A stretch of 64,000 nucleotides of DNA from Octopus vulgaris (taxonomy: Eukaryota), in NCBI GenBank assembly GCA_951406725.2, contig OX597824.1, positions 97,898,001 through 97,962,000 of the forward strand. Reading direction: 5' to 3'. Made by a program: the position numbers and the translations under genes. Shown here piece by piece: positions 44,285-57,049 of this stretch. Under the pieces are notes generated by a model, which made no database searches, was not told the DNA's origin, and saw nothing but the letters and a program-made list of their open reading frames with translations. Position 1 is the first letter of the stretch; each line of letters opens with the position of its first letter.

Positions 44285-44590
44285 AGTTTTGCTCTTCCTT
44301 CTCGAGCCACGCCTGGCTCATAAGGGCCGGTTTCCTGGCTTTCTTGACGTATAGGTTCTCCACCTGGACTGGACGCCGGTCCGTCGCAGGTGAGCTGCAA
44401 GGTGCAGGAGGAAAGAGTGAGAGAAAGTTGTGGCGAAAGAGTCAGCAGAAGTTCGCCATTACTTTCTGCTGGAACTGCGTGGAGCTTAAGTGTTTCGGTC
44501 ATAAACACACACATCGCCCGGTCTGAGATTCGAACTCGAAATCCCTCGACCGCGAGTCCGCTGCTCTAACCACTAGGCCATGTGCCTCCA
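44285..44590 (-). mobile_element. SINE family C (tail type 2)
   Basis: Minus strand tggcctagtggttagagcagcggactcgcggtc..gttcgaatctcagaccgggcg; shares the body to actttctctcactctttc with the 42914 copy, then diverges. Confidence 0.8.
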
Positions 44591-45739
44591 CAGGAGAAAA
44601 GGGTATATTTCACTTGCTGTCTTTCCCATCAATAACATCAGCAAACTGCCAAAGGTTTGTGGAGCACCCTCTCAGATGGCGCCTACACCAGACGAAAGCT
44701 CGTGCAGCCATCATAATGATAAGGACATAATACTTTCAAATCATATTTGAATAGCTTGAAGCACGAAAAGAAGCCACCAGTATCTTGGAGATAGTGTTAG
44801 ACAAGGTGCTGGTATTTATGAATTAATCAGTCTTGCAACTTCTGCATCACAGAGACGTTTCACGCCGTGCATCGCCCTGCCGTTATGACCACCACCACCA
44901 CCACCACTATCACTACCATCGTCATTATTGTCATCACTGACATCAACATACTAGAATCTTCCTTGTGAATTCAAAAAAAGGCCCTCATCCGACTCCATTC
45001 TCTGATGCATAACAGATGATAACCAACGATTTGCGCCAATTACGCCACCTACCGTCATTTTATTACTTTTGAAACTGTCCGCGTCTACGGTCGACTGACC
45101 AAGCGAAACCACGCTTCGGATTACGTAATCCCTATTATATCACAACCGCACACACACATGCACACACACACGTACACACACATACACATACCACACACGT
45201 ATATAAAATGAGATTTTACATCAATTTTAATCCGAGTTTCCCATTACCACAAACGCATATACACACGTGCGCGCATGCGCACACACACACACACTCACGG
45301 ACGTATGTAAAATGAAATTTTACACCGACTTTACTCCGAGTTTCCCATTGTCGCTTTATCACATGAATCAGAGTAAAATCTCTGTCTTTTATTATTGCTA
45401 TTAACTCTATCTGCACGAAAATTACAACAAACAAACAAAAAAAGAAAGAAAACAGCAACACAAGTTTATATATATATATATATATATATACGTACTTGTA
45501 CTTATACATATATGTACACACAAACTTACACACACATGCCCATCTACATATGTGTGTGTGTGTGCGTGTCTGTGTCTGTGTAGAGATACGCTTACATAAT
45601 AATTTATATATAGAGAGAGGGAAATAGATCAGCCCATAAATATATGTGTATATATGTATATATTCATATCCATATATATATACATATATATGTGTATATA
45701 CACATATAACAGATATAGATACATACATGGAGAGAGAAT

Positions 45740-45793
<54 letters not shown>

Positions 45794-46196
45794 TGTAAAA
45801 AGAGTGAGAGAGTGAGGGAGTATTAGCCACCTCCCCACCCCGTAAAACTAGCGTCTTTGAAATCCAGCAAACAGAGATCATGTCATAATGTCATAACACA
45901 TAAAATAAATGTTCATAATGCTTACAACATGTTTAACATGTGCTCAAGAAATGCCTAAGTTGTTATTGTTGAGGCGCTGAGGATTGTTGTTGTTGTTGTT
46001 GTTGTTGTTGCTGTTATTGTTGCAGTTGTTATTGATTTTATTGTTGCTGTTACTGCTGCTGTTGTATTTGTTGTTGTTGTTGTTGTTGTTGTTGTGTCTG
46101 CTGGCTGTGTTATTGATTTGGTTGTTGTTACTGTTGTCGTTTTTATTGTTATTGTTAGCGGTGCTGTTGTATTTGTTGTTGTAATTCTTTTTGTTA

Positions 46197-46237
<41 letters not shown>

Positions 46238-47344
46238 ATTGTTGTCTCTTGCTGAAATTTCGTTATTGTAGTTTAACCCTCGGCCAGTCCAAACGGATCA
46301 GACATATAAACAAAAGTGATCCAGCTGTATTTCTCCTCTCTACAACGAACACTTGAACCACATTATTCAATATGTATGAATATGTCTTTTTAATACGAGG
46401 GGGGGGATAAACTGAAGGAGGTTTGTCTGCTATTTCTTGCAGATCTGTCAATCATTTAGACGCATCTTGGTGGAGTCACTTCTAAATGATTGAAAACTGC
46501 CTGAAATAGCAACTAGATAACCGAGAAAAACACATTTCAAAAACAGGAAGGACGTCGTACAAGTGGTCATCCTTGGAATGGCTGTGATGCTAAATCAGCT
46601 GATCAGATTTGACCAAGATGTGACAATACTTGTACAGTGATGATCCTACGAAGGAGCTACAACGAAGGAAGTCGATTTGCTAGAAATAGCTGTCAAATTT
46701 CCTTTAAATCATACCTTACTGTTTTAAATTCTGAGTATATTCAATATAGGATACAATGTAAGTTGCTGGAATTCCAATGTGATGAAGGCTGGGCCCTGTT
46801 GAGGAGTGTGGGAAAGGAAATGTGCAGCTCTCTGTTGAGGGAAGAAGTGCCGATAACTTATCGATACAACCACTAGTATAGCTGATGGTTCTGGCGAGTG
46901 CATTGGGCAAAGATCTGGGCCTAAGTGTATCAAGCAAACAAGTTGGTGCCATTGAGGCCCATTCTGATGCCCAGGGCCACTCTGGTGCCTGATCATCACT
47001 GATAAAGTAAAATCAGTTTATATATACGAGACGTGCGGAATGTAGTATGATGTCCAGAAAAGACTTCAGAGCTTTTCATAATATGTTTAATGATGTTGTG
47101 AGATTTTGTGACCTCACCGTAAAGTGTTTTTCCTTCTGCTGTAACTGCTACACTCTTATTCATGTTGCGCCATGAATTAGGTGTCAGAACCGCCTGAACA
47201 CCAGTATCGACCCCCAAGGCAAAACACTGGCACTGGGGTTCCTACATGCACAATCCCAGCACATATAGATTAATAGTGAACCTCCAAGACCCATGGGTCT
47301 CCCGGCAACAGAGCAGTGTTGCCTTGCCTTAAGATGGCACGAAG

Positions 47345-48330
47345 ATAACCCCCAATTACATCATTTTTTGTTGGTTACCTTGTGCACCCAATTTTTGCTC
47401 AATGCGCTTACACTACCCATGAGTTGTACGCCCATTATATTGACAACTTTATTTTCCCTGAACGGTCACTACTTTTTTCAAATAAGACAAATTTTTATTC
47501 GTCCATATGCTCAAGACTTCTTTCATCCGCAAACACCCCCACCTGGAAAGTCCGCCGTCTCTATCTTCACAAATCGAATACACCGCCTAAATTTCCGATC
47601 ACTTTCATTTCCGCTAATCTAATTTACTTCATTACAAACCACCATTCACCCGTTATCTATACGTAATCCCACTCACTTTCAGACTGATCGCATCTGCCAA
47701 CACTTATTCCATAATCAAAACAGTCGTGTCATCCTAAACATTTTTGCATGACAATTCCTCCCTCCATCCAACCATTTGGGGAGTTCCTCAACACTACAAT
47801 CACAATCCAGAGGTGACCTACTAATTCTAGTGAACGATAATTCATTTTCCAACTACGAACCTCCACACCTCCTGGTATGAACCCACACCTCCATTTCCTC
47901 CAATGCGGTCATATAACCCCAGCCTAGAGTCTCTCTCCTTTTCTTCATCGCAACCATTTGTCCCTTTGTAACTGTGTCTGTCACTCTGTCGTTGATTATC
48001 CCCCAATGCGACCGTCACACCATGAAGCACACCAGCACCCTGTATCCTTAGCTCATCCCTTCCCTTCACATCAATCACCTTCCTCTCTCTGACTCTCTGC
48101 TCTCTCTCTCTCCGCTCTCTCTCTCTCTCTCTCTGCTCTCTCTGCTCTCTCTCTCTCTCTGCTCTCTTCCCTAGCATCCCTACATCATACCCTTACCGCC
48201 TTCATCCTTAACTCCACCACTCCTCTCGGTCATTCCCTGACCACTGTTCATCAAACCTGTTGTGGTTCAAGCGTCGAGTTGAGCCACATCGACCGACAAC
48301 TAAACTCATTCATAAAAACAAACTCTTCTC
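47345..48330 (+). mobile_element. Old, internally deleted Penelope-like element
   Basis: PNYII..VGYLVHPIFAQCAYTTHELYAHYIDNFI parallels GPNYANLFVGYVEAQIFSNFTGPTPELYGRYIDDII of the 51-53 kb element; TFISANLIYFIT parallels TCTSSNIIYCVS; FIFQLRTSTPPGMN parallels LIFSLRSYTPFGLN. A CT-rich tail follows. Confidence 0.7.
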
Positions 48331-49180
48331 AACTATATTTACTATACACCCATCTATCTATTATATACACTCACCCATCTATTAATATATACCCACCCAT
48401 CTATTATATACACCCACCTATCTATTATATTATACACGGTTATATATTATATATTCAATTATCTATTTTACACTCGCTATTATTCAGTCATCAATTATAC
48501 ACGCAGCGATTTATTAAATCTCCTGTTATTCATTGTACACCCTGCTATTATCATATACCCTGTTGCCTATTACACGTCAACTGATAAAATGTAAATTCAT
48601 TTATTATACCGACTCTTATTTATTATACATCCAGATATCTAATATACACCCAGTTATTTATTATACACCCGATTACCATGTATTCAGTTATCGTATTGGC
48701 TGCGTCGGTAGAGCACTGGACGGAATACGTTGCCGTATTTATTTCTACACTTTACTTTTTAAGTAAAAATCTTACCGAGATCATCTTATCATTTCTTCCT
48801 TCCGGGATCGATAAATAAAGGGAGATTATTAGAACGATGGACAAGTGGAGACGTCTATTGTTCCAGGTTTTTGTTTGTGGGTTCAAATTTCGCCAAGATA
48901 CACGTGGATGCTAGACTTAATCTATCGCCCACCTTATCATTGCCACCTGATACTCTGGTACCTTTAGGGGACTCCAGTCTGTTGCCAGATCTCAGATTCG
49001 AGGATACTTGCCTTCCTTCCTACCACTAATGTTTGACCACCCCGTAAAAACATACAGATAAGATGCATGAGGACATCTTATACATACATAACTACATACT
49101 GACATATACATATACATCTGCAAACACACGCATATATATATATACGCGTGTGTGTGTGAGCATGAATGTATATACATACA

Positions 49181-49236
<56 letters not shown>

Positions 49237-49250
49237 AATCTATATATCTA

Positions 49251-49308
<58 letters not shown>

Positions 49309-50528
49309 TACATATACAGGTGCAGATATGGTTGTGTGCATAAGAAACTTCAACGTCTCGGGTTCAATCCCCGGGTGGAAACTGAGTAGAAGCTTTGTCA
49401 TATATCTGTGTGTGTGCGTGTGTGTGTCTGTGTATGTATGTGTATATATGCGTGTATTTAACCTATCTATAAATATGTATGTATGTATAAATATAAATAT
49501 TAATATGTACTTACAGATATACGTGTTTGTGTATGTATGTATGTATGTATGTATGTATGTAGATGAGGATGTATGCATATCAAAGAAAGCGATAAAGGGA
49601 GTGGATCATGTGAAAAGGAGGAGGAGGAGGCGGGGGAGACGGCAAACATAAGAGAGATAAAACTAAAGACAAACGACGGTGCATGGGGTGGAGGGGATTT
49701 GCACGGTTTCGAACCTCAGCCAGCCAGATGAGCAATCACCTTGGAATGTCAAAACGATCACTTCACAACACAACACAACACAACACAACACAACACACAT
49801 CCTCCTTTTTGAAACCACCACCACCACCACTACCTCCACCACCACCGACGCCGCCTTCGTCATCTTTATTTCGCTCTCATCCCTGTTGCTGCCTTTCTTT
49901 CTCTCCTTCTTTCTCTCTCTCTCTCTCTCTCCTCTTCCCACCACCACCACCACCACAAGCGATCTTAATGTGATGCTGACACACAGATTGTGATGTAGCT
50001 GGGAAGCTGTAAGTTGTAGGTGGAGGGGGCGGGGGCGGGGGTGGGGGTGCGGAGGGTGATGAAGAGATTTCGACGGATGACAGAGAGGGGAGAAGAGGGT
50101 GGAGGTGGGCAGACGGGAGTTAGAAGAGGGGTGGGAGGGAAGGTGCTGGGGGATTGTTATGGAGGGTGGAGGGGATGGGGGGGGGCGTCATTTCGGCGAA
50201 CATTCTGTTGCTTCTTCTGTTGCCTCTTCACTTGTTGTTGTTGTTGTTGTTGTGCTTGTTGCTATTGTTCTGCCAATATTTGCTGCTGATGGCGGCGTCG
50301 GCGGCGTCGGCGGCACCGCTTTTGCTGCTGCTCTTTTTCAGACGATGTTTCGCTAATGTTGTTCATATTGCTGCTCAGGTGGTGGCTGTGGCTGTTGCTG
50401 CCGCTGTTGCGCCCACAGTTGTTGTTGTTGTTGTTGTTGTTGTTGCTGCTGCTGCTGCTGTTGAGGATACCGTTCTAGACGAAGTTATTTTTGTTGCAGC
50501 AGATCTCCTCTCTCCCTCTCTTTCTCTT

Positions 50529-50583
<55 letters not shown>

Positions 50584-50664
50584 CATTCTGTCCTGTCATT
50601 ACTTGTGACAAGGTGAAATGGAGTGGGAAAACCGTGCTACTTTACATCCAATATAAGTTTAATT

Positions 50665-50708
<44 letters not shown>

Positions 50709-50809
50709 TGAATATGGTACTTAAGTTGAAGGCACCAGAATTTAGTATGGTTTTATCCATATAAATTAAAATAAGATGATTAAAATCAAAATCCTTGTTG
50801 CTTATTTTG

Positions 50810-50847
<38 letters not shown>

Positions 50848-50868
50848 GTATATGCTTATTACACGCAC

Positions 50869-50903
<35 letters not shown>

Positions 50904-51072
50904 TATATAACCCCTTCTCCCCTCCTGATAGGCTCCATCCACCTACACCTAACCCTACTGCCCCTCCCACACCCCACACCCCCCACACACCTCCCCAATC
51001 CCTCCTCCTCAGACCTCCACGAGCCCTACCACCCCTCCTACTTCTATTCCCCCCACCCCTTCTCCACTTCCG

Positions 51073-53268
51073 TCTGTTGTTACCATTCCCCCCGATCTTC
51101 CCCTCTCTGCGGCGGAACGCTCCGTCCTTAGTAGGGGTCTGCGTTTCATCCCCCTCACTCCATCCTGTAAGGAATTCCAGACGCGAGTTGATGTCCACAG
51201 CTTTGTGCGCCGCGTCCGGTTGGGTGCGCATTTCCGCGACTCACCACCCACATCCAACGAAGAAGACTGTTTCACTGATCTGGGCTGCTGACCATCCCCG
51301 TGGACGCCTGCCCCCGGCCAGTTCCTAGCAGTGGATCTTTTCGCGGGCGCTTGTCAGCGTGCATTGGAGCGGTTCAACTTCTCCAGGCGCCAACGCCGCC
51401 TCAACATCTCCCCGGCCGAGCTCTCGGCTCTTCGTTCCCTCCAACGGCGCGCTGACATTATCATCAAACCGGCTGACAAGGGTGGAGCTGTAGTGGTGTG
51501 GCGCGCGGACCTCTACAGGGCCGAGGCTCTCCGCCAACTCAATGACACCTCCTTCTACTCCCCTCTGTCCTCTAACCCCACACGTAGCTACCAACAGACG
51601 GTATCCTCTACTGTCCGCGACCTCATCTCGTCCTCCCGTCTCCCCCACACCACATCCAACCTAATTGTGCGAACCCCACGTACCCCCACCATTTACTTCC
51701 TCCCCAAAATCCACAAACCCAACAACCCTGGCCGCCCCATCGTCTCCGCCTGTAACTGCCCCACGGAGCTCATCTCTAAATACCTCGACCGTGTCCTTGC
51801 CCCCTAGTGGCGTCTCTTCCCTCCCACATCCACGATACCAACCATGCTCTCCGGCTTTTCAACTCTTTCTCCTTTCCTCCCGGCTCCTCCAAAATCCTTT
51901 TTACTATGGACATTCAGAGCCTCTATACCGTTATCCCTCACCACGAAGGACTGCAGGCACTTCAACACTTTCTTGACCTCCGCTCCAACCCTTGAACCTG
52001 ACACCTCCACACTCATTCGTCTGGCCGAACTTGTCCTTACTCTTAACTGCTTCTCGTTCACGGGCGAGTTCTACCATCAGGTCTCGGGAGTGGCCATGGG
52101 AACGCGAATGGGCCCCAACTATGCGAACCTGTTCGTTGGCTATGTTGAGGCCCAAATATTCTCTAATTTCACTGGTCCCACTCCTGAACTATATGGTCGT
52201 TACATTGACGACATTATCGGTGCCACCTCACTCTCCCGTGAACATCTAGATTCCTTCCTCTCTTTCGTTCAATCTTTCCATCCAGCCCTCCACTTCACTT
52301 CCACTATCTCCAACACCTCTGTCTCCTTCCTCGACATTTCGGTTAGCATTCTTCACTCCACTCTTACCACCTCCATTCACTACAAACACACAGACTCACA
52401 CTCATACCTCAACTTCTCTTCCTCCCACCCAGAACACACCAAGCTTTCCATCCCTTATTCCCAATTCCTCCGTCTACGTAGGCTCTGTAGTGACGACCAT
52501 GACTTTGAGACTCAGTCTCAACGTATGGCTCACCACTTCATCCTAAGTGGATACCCCCTCACCACTATCCACACCGCCCTTGCCAGAGCACGTTCCGTGG
52601 ACCGTGTATCTGCTCTCTCTCCCCGAACCCGCCCTGTAGTCTCCCGCCTCCCTTTTCCCCTCACTTACCACCCCACGACCCTACCTCTTCAACGCACCAT
52701 TCTTCGAGCTTTCCGTCATCTCCAGTCCGACCCGTCCACTTCACACCTCTTCCCTAACCGACTCCTCCCCTCTTTCAAACGAGCCCATAACCTTCGAGAC
52801 CTTTTGGTCCATAGCTCCTTCCCTGACCCTACCTCCCAACCTGGCTCGTTCCCCTGCTCCCGCCCACGTTGCCGCACTTGCCCTTACCTCTCCAACACCA
52901 CCCTCCTCACTGGCACCCATCATCGACCCTATCGCATCATCAACTCCTTCACCTGCACCTCCAGCAATATTATCTATTGCGTCTCTTGCTCTCTCTGCCA
53001 TTCCCTGTACATCGGACAAACGGGACGCCGTTTGGCTGACCGGTTCGCGGAACACCTTCGTGACATCCGCCTTGCGAACGACACACCGGTCTCACGCCAT
53101 TTCCGCTCCACCGGTCTCACGCCATTTCCGCTCCACCGGTCACTCCTTGCAACACCTGTCTGTGTTCGGTTTGTCCTTACACAGAGGCCATCCGCCGTGA
53201 ACAGGAATTAATCTTCTCTCTTCGCTCTTATACGCCATTTGGTCTCAACTCTCCCCCTCCTCATCTAA
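51073..53268 (+). pseudogene. Disrupted PLE RT/GIY-YIG ORF
   Basis: In-frame TGA at 51289-51291, frameshifts near 51805 and 51992, and a 25-bp tandem duplication (caccggtctcacgccatttccgctc) near 53084-53133 that shifts the frame in the endonuclease. Pieces appear as ORFs 51331..51807, 51807..51995 and 51844..53211. Confidence 0.9.
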
Positions 53269-53827
53269 CCCCCTCTCCCCCTCCCTCCTTCTTCCCTCTT
53301 CCCCTTCCCTCTTTCTCTCTGCTCCCTCACTCCCCATCTCTCTCTCTCCCTCTCCCTCTATCCTCCCTCCTCCTCTCCCCTCCACTTCTCCTCTCCTTCC
53401 TTCTCCCCCTTCTCTCCCCTCCTCTTCTCCTCTCCTTCCTTCTCCCTCCTCTTCTCCCCTTTCCTTCTCCCATTTATTTCTCCTCCCTCCCCCTCCCCTC
53501 TCCCCCTTACCTCCCCCTCTTCCCTCATCTCCTCTCTCTACACTACACCATACGACTTTACACATCACATCATATATACATACACACGTCCAGACCTCTC
53601 ATACGCACTAATACTCTCTCATACACACACACACACTCTTCTCATACACACACACACACTCTTATGTTGGAGCGAGGTCATTCAACCCTATTATCTCCCC
53701 AAATTTCGCTCTTGCGTCTCACGTTTGATCTTTGACTTCTGGCCGAAATCAGATCGCCATGTTGATTCGCTAGCCTCTGCACGCATATTTTTTTTCTCTC
53801 CTTCTTTCTGTGTTTTTTCTCTGTGTA

Positions 53828-53865
53828 TCTTTCTGTTGAAGAGCGTAGGCTCGAAACGTTAAAGA
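53828..53865 (+). ncRNA. Minimal type I hammerhead ribozyme variant in the PLE 3' terminal repeat
   Basis: TCTTT-CTGTTGA-A-GAGC gtag GCTC-GAAA-CGTT-AAAGA: helix I TCTTT/AAAGA, helix II GAGC/GCTC, palindromic helix III AACGTT. Core is CUGUUGA rather than CUGANGA. Confidence 0.75.
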
Positions 53866-53962
53866 CTTGTTTTATTTATATTTCATGAGCGCCATGCTAA
53901 TACAATTGTTTGTTTGTATTCCACCTGCCTTCGTCTTTTGTCTATTTTCATAAAGCTTCCCG

Positions 53963-54001
<39 letters not shown>

Positions 54002-54048
54002 CATATATACATACGTATATGTACATACCTACATCTATACGTATATAT

Positions 54049-54088
<40 letters not shown>

Positions 54089-54097
54089 ACATATACG

Positions 54098-54135
<38 letters not shown>

Positions 54136-54186
54136 TGTGCATATATACATACGTATATGTACATACCTATATCTATACGTATATAT

Positions 54187-54237
<51 letters not shown>

Positions 54238-55068
54238 TATATATATGTGCATACGTCTATACGGCATACGCCACAGGACGTAATGAAATATGTACAATTA
54301 AAAAAATACGAAGCACGAGCAAATGGAATATGAACTATTTTTTCGAACAACGAAAGACACAAATGGAAAACAAAATAAACAACACAAAGAACGACCCTTC
54401 ATCAGTTGTTGGCTGTTTTTCTAGTCTCGGATTTCGAGAATTTAGCAACATATATATATTACTGACGTCATAAGAATCGTGATAATTCGAGAACGTGAAT
54501 TAATTTATTTTAGGGACGTTTTGTCTATCTCCCTCTCTTGTTCTTCTTCCTTTCTGTTTTTCTCTTCCACCCTTTCCCCTCTCTCTCTCATTCTTCCTCC
54601 TTGACTCTCTCCTTGCTCACGCGTGACAAACGGTCATCCATCCTTCTTTCTTCCACTTCCTTCCTAAAGACAAGACGTGCTTTTGCCTGTCTCTTCTCAA
54701 AGCTCGTTTCCCAGCCTTCAGCATTTCACATCGCCTTGGCTTAACAGCCCCTCACCGTTTGTTTTTACAGTTTTGTTCTCACTGTCCTGTTTTTGTTACC
54801 ACTTTCACCCTCCGCAAAAAATCCCAAATTTTACTTAATTTGCTTTGCGGGAAGGACTATTTAAATGAACTCGCGTCTTCTTCTTACTTTCGAAACGCGG
54901 AGTAGATAAAACAGGGGACAACTGATGAAGGGAATGTTCTTTATGTTGCATGTCTCGTTCCTCTATTTGTTTTTTTTTCTTTATGTTCTCGTTTCACATT
55001 TTGTCTACGTTTTTTTATGTCCTGTACCCATATATGCATGTATATATACATATATACGTAGGTAAATA

Positions 55069-55860
55069 TTTGAATAAAAGAAGGATAAAAATACCGCTTG
55101 CCAAAGATGAAAGCGAAAGCTTCAAAACCCACCAATCCTGCGATAAAATGCACACACGAGCAACGCAGTGAACACTTGAAAAAATAGGCCTACCTTCAGG
55201 ATGGTGTTTGAAGATAGTTTACCCCCAATATCAATTGATTTCATGCTGTGCATGAGAAAATATGCTTTGCAATCTTCAGTTGGAGATAGTAACATCTATT
55301 TCTAAAATATTCACTACGTCAACTCGAGTGCGTTTCTTTTATTCAAACATTTAATATTATACCTCTTAAGGTAGAAATCTTGCTAACCGCCTCATTATTA
55401 CTGTTTTTAACAGTAATTATGCTTTCATATATTTGCTATTTTTATTGTTTACGATAGTTTTCTCTTTGAACGGAGCGGGACGTTTAAAGTTCGAAACACA
55501 CTCGAGTTGACGTAATGAATATTTTAGAAATAGTTGTTACTGTCTCCAACTGAAGATTGCAAAGCATATTTTCTCATGCACAGCATGAAATCAATTGATA
55601 TTGGGGTATGTAAACTATCCTCAAACTCCATCCTGAAGGTAGGCCTATTTTTTCAAGTGTTCACTGCGTTGCTCGTGTGTGTATTTTATCGCAGGATTGG
55701 TGGTTCCTGAAGCTTTTGCTTTCATCTTTGGCAAGCGCTATTTTTACCCTTCTTTTATTCAAACATTTAATATTATTCCTATTAAGGTAGAAGTCTTGCA
55801 AACTGCCTCGTTATTACAGTTTTTAACAGTAATAATGCTTTCATATAGTTGCTTTTTTTA
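55069..55860 (+). mobile_element. PLE-type element with inverted plus partial-tandem terminal repeats and HHR
   Basis: ~55069-55330 is the reverse complement of ~55499-55762, and ~55333-55445 is a direct repeat of ~55750-55858. HHR 55546-55604 reads CCAA-CTGAAGA-TTGC...GCAT-GAAA-TCAATTGA-TA-TTGG; inverted copy at 55225-55283. Confidence 0.8.
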
Positions 55861-55923
55861 TATATGTAGGTATGTACATATATGTATGTATATATGCATA
55901 TATTTATATTTTATTGATATTAT

Positions 55924-55954
<31 letters not shown>

Positions 55955-55962
<8 letters not shown>

Positions 55963-56327
55963 ATATTTCGGAATGGTCATATTGCCAGTTTAGCCAATAA
56001 AAACACACGCACTATATATTTGGTGTTATTTTGCTTCAGTGATATTTATTTTTTACATTAATCTTAATCTTATTTCGGCCAAAGTTCTTTCGTCACACTC
56101 CTGTGACCGCATCAGTGGTCCTTTGTTTTCTTCTCACTTACTTGTGTCTCTCCTTACTAACCGTCAGCCATTTTGTATACAAAATATCACTGAAGCAAAA
56201 TAACACCAAATATATAGTGCGTGTGTTTTTATTGGCTAAACTGGCAATATGACCATTCCGAAATATAACAATATCTGTTTCAACACACGACTTCACATAA
56301 AAAATCTTGCACAACAAATATTTAAAC

Positions 56328-56328
<1 letters not shown>
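55955..56328. mobile_element. Fold-back element with hammerhead variant in the loop, in (TA)n
   Basis: ~92-bp arms 55955-56046 and ~56183-56274. Minus strand 56077-56121 reads GGACCA-CTGATGCG-GTCAC aggagt GTGAC-GAAA-GAACTT-TGGCC. Confidence 0.7.
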
Positions 56329-56394
<66 letters not shown>

Positions 56395-56396
<2 letters not shown>

Positions 56397-56710
56397 TATT
56401 TAAAAATATATAAAGTGTATAAAATATTTTAATGCACAGAGAGGAGACCTTTGACAGAACTCCATACATGCTAGAAAGGGCAGTTAAAACCCAAACCAAG
56501 AGAAAAGGAATTCATGAAGTACGCTGTTATAACTCCAGAACGAACAAAAAGTGAATTAGTTAATCCCGAACTCGAGTTTCTCTGTTAATTGCCAAATAAA
56601 CAAATTTGGAATCTGTAGATCGTCAGTGAGATCGCTAATTAATGAATAATTATACAGTTTCAAATATGTACCGAAAAATATTTTATACACTTTTTATCTT
56701 TAAAAATATG
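56395..56710 (-). mobile_element. Short element with ~35-bp inverted ends and a hammerhead
   Basis: aaagtgtataaaatatttt (~56411) is inverted at ~56675. Minus strand 56563-56632 reads ATCTCA-CTGACGA-TCT...AGA-GAAAC-TCGA-GTT-CGGGAT; helix III palindrome AACTCGAGTT. Confidence 0.7.
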
Positions 56711-56978
56711 TTATGTCTCCTGACTTTTATTAATTAATTATTCTAATTTATTACCCTCATATTTACGATATGTATACATACATAATAAGTACACACACAT
56801 GCACAAGTATAAAATGCAATTTTTATATCCAACTCAACGTGGATGTCTTGTTAGAAAACCATATATTACACCATTAGTCTTAAGAGATCCTCTCATATAG
56901 GCACTTGATGCATAAAAGCACACACATAGATTGTGCATGCATACATTTATATGAATAAATGTATATATAGACATACAT

Positions 56979-57020
<42 letters not shown>

Positions 57021-57049
57021 TAATATATATATATATATACATATACATA

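Larger units (their letters stand above)
50908..53963 (+). mobile_element. Penelope-like retroelement (Neptune-like), 5'-truncated, with RT + Cys-rich linker + GIY-YIG endonuclease, pyrimidine-rich 3' region and HHR-bearing tail; (TA)n on both sides
   Basis: Frames join into a PLE polyprotein: LSAAERSVLSRGLRFIP (~51.1 kb), IIIKPADKGGAVVVW, YFLPKIHKPNNPGRPIVS, MDIQSLYTVIP, GVAMGTRMGPNYANLFVG, RYIDD, YKHTDSHSYL, CSRPRCRTC linker, NIIYCVSC..LYIGQTGRRLADRFAEH, and ELIFSLRSYTPFGLN. HHR at 53828-53865. Confidence 0.95.

Noticed and set aside
45205-45350. 41-bp imperfect direct repeat flanking a CA tract
   Set aside because: Two copies only; probably a local duplication with no further structure.
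50154-50711. 185-aa ORF and the opposite-strand Ala/Thr-rich frame as a host exon
   Set aside because: Composed of trinucleotide and CT repeats, with stops in the opposite frame and no recognisable domain.
51289-51291. In-frame TGA in the PLE ORF as possible selenocysteine or read-through
   Set aside because: The copy also has several frameshifts, no SECIS was recognised, and CGA-to-TGA decay is the simpler explanation.
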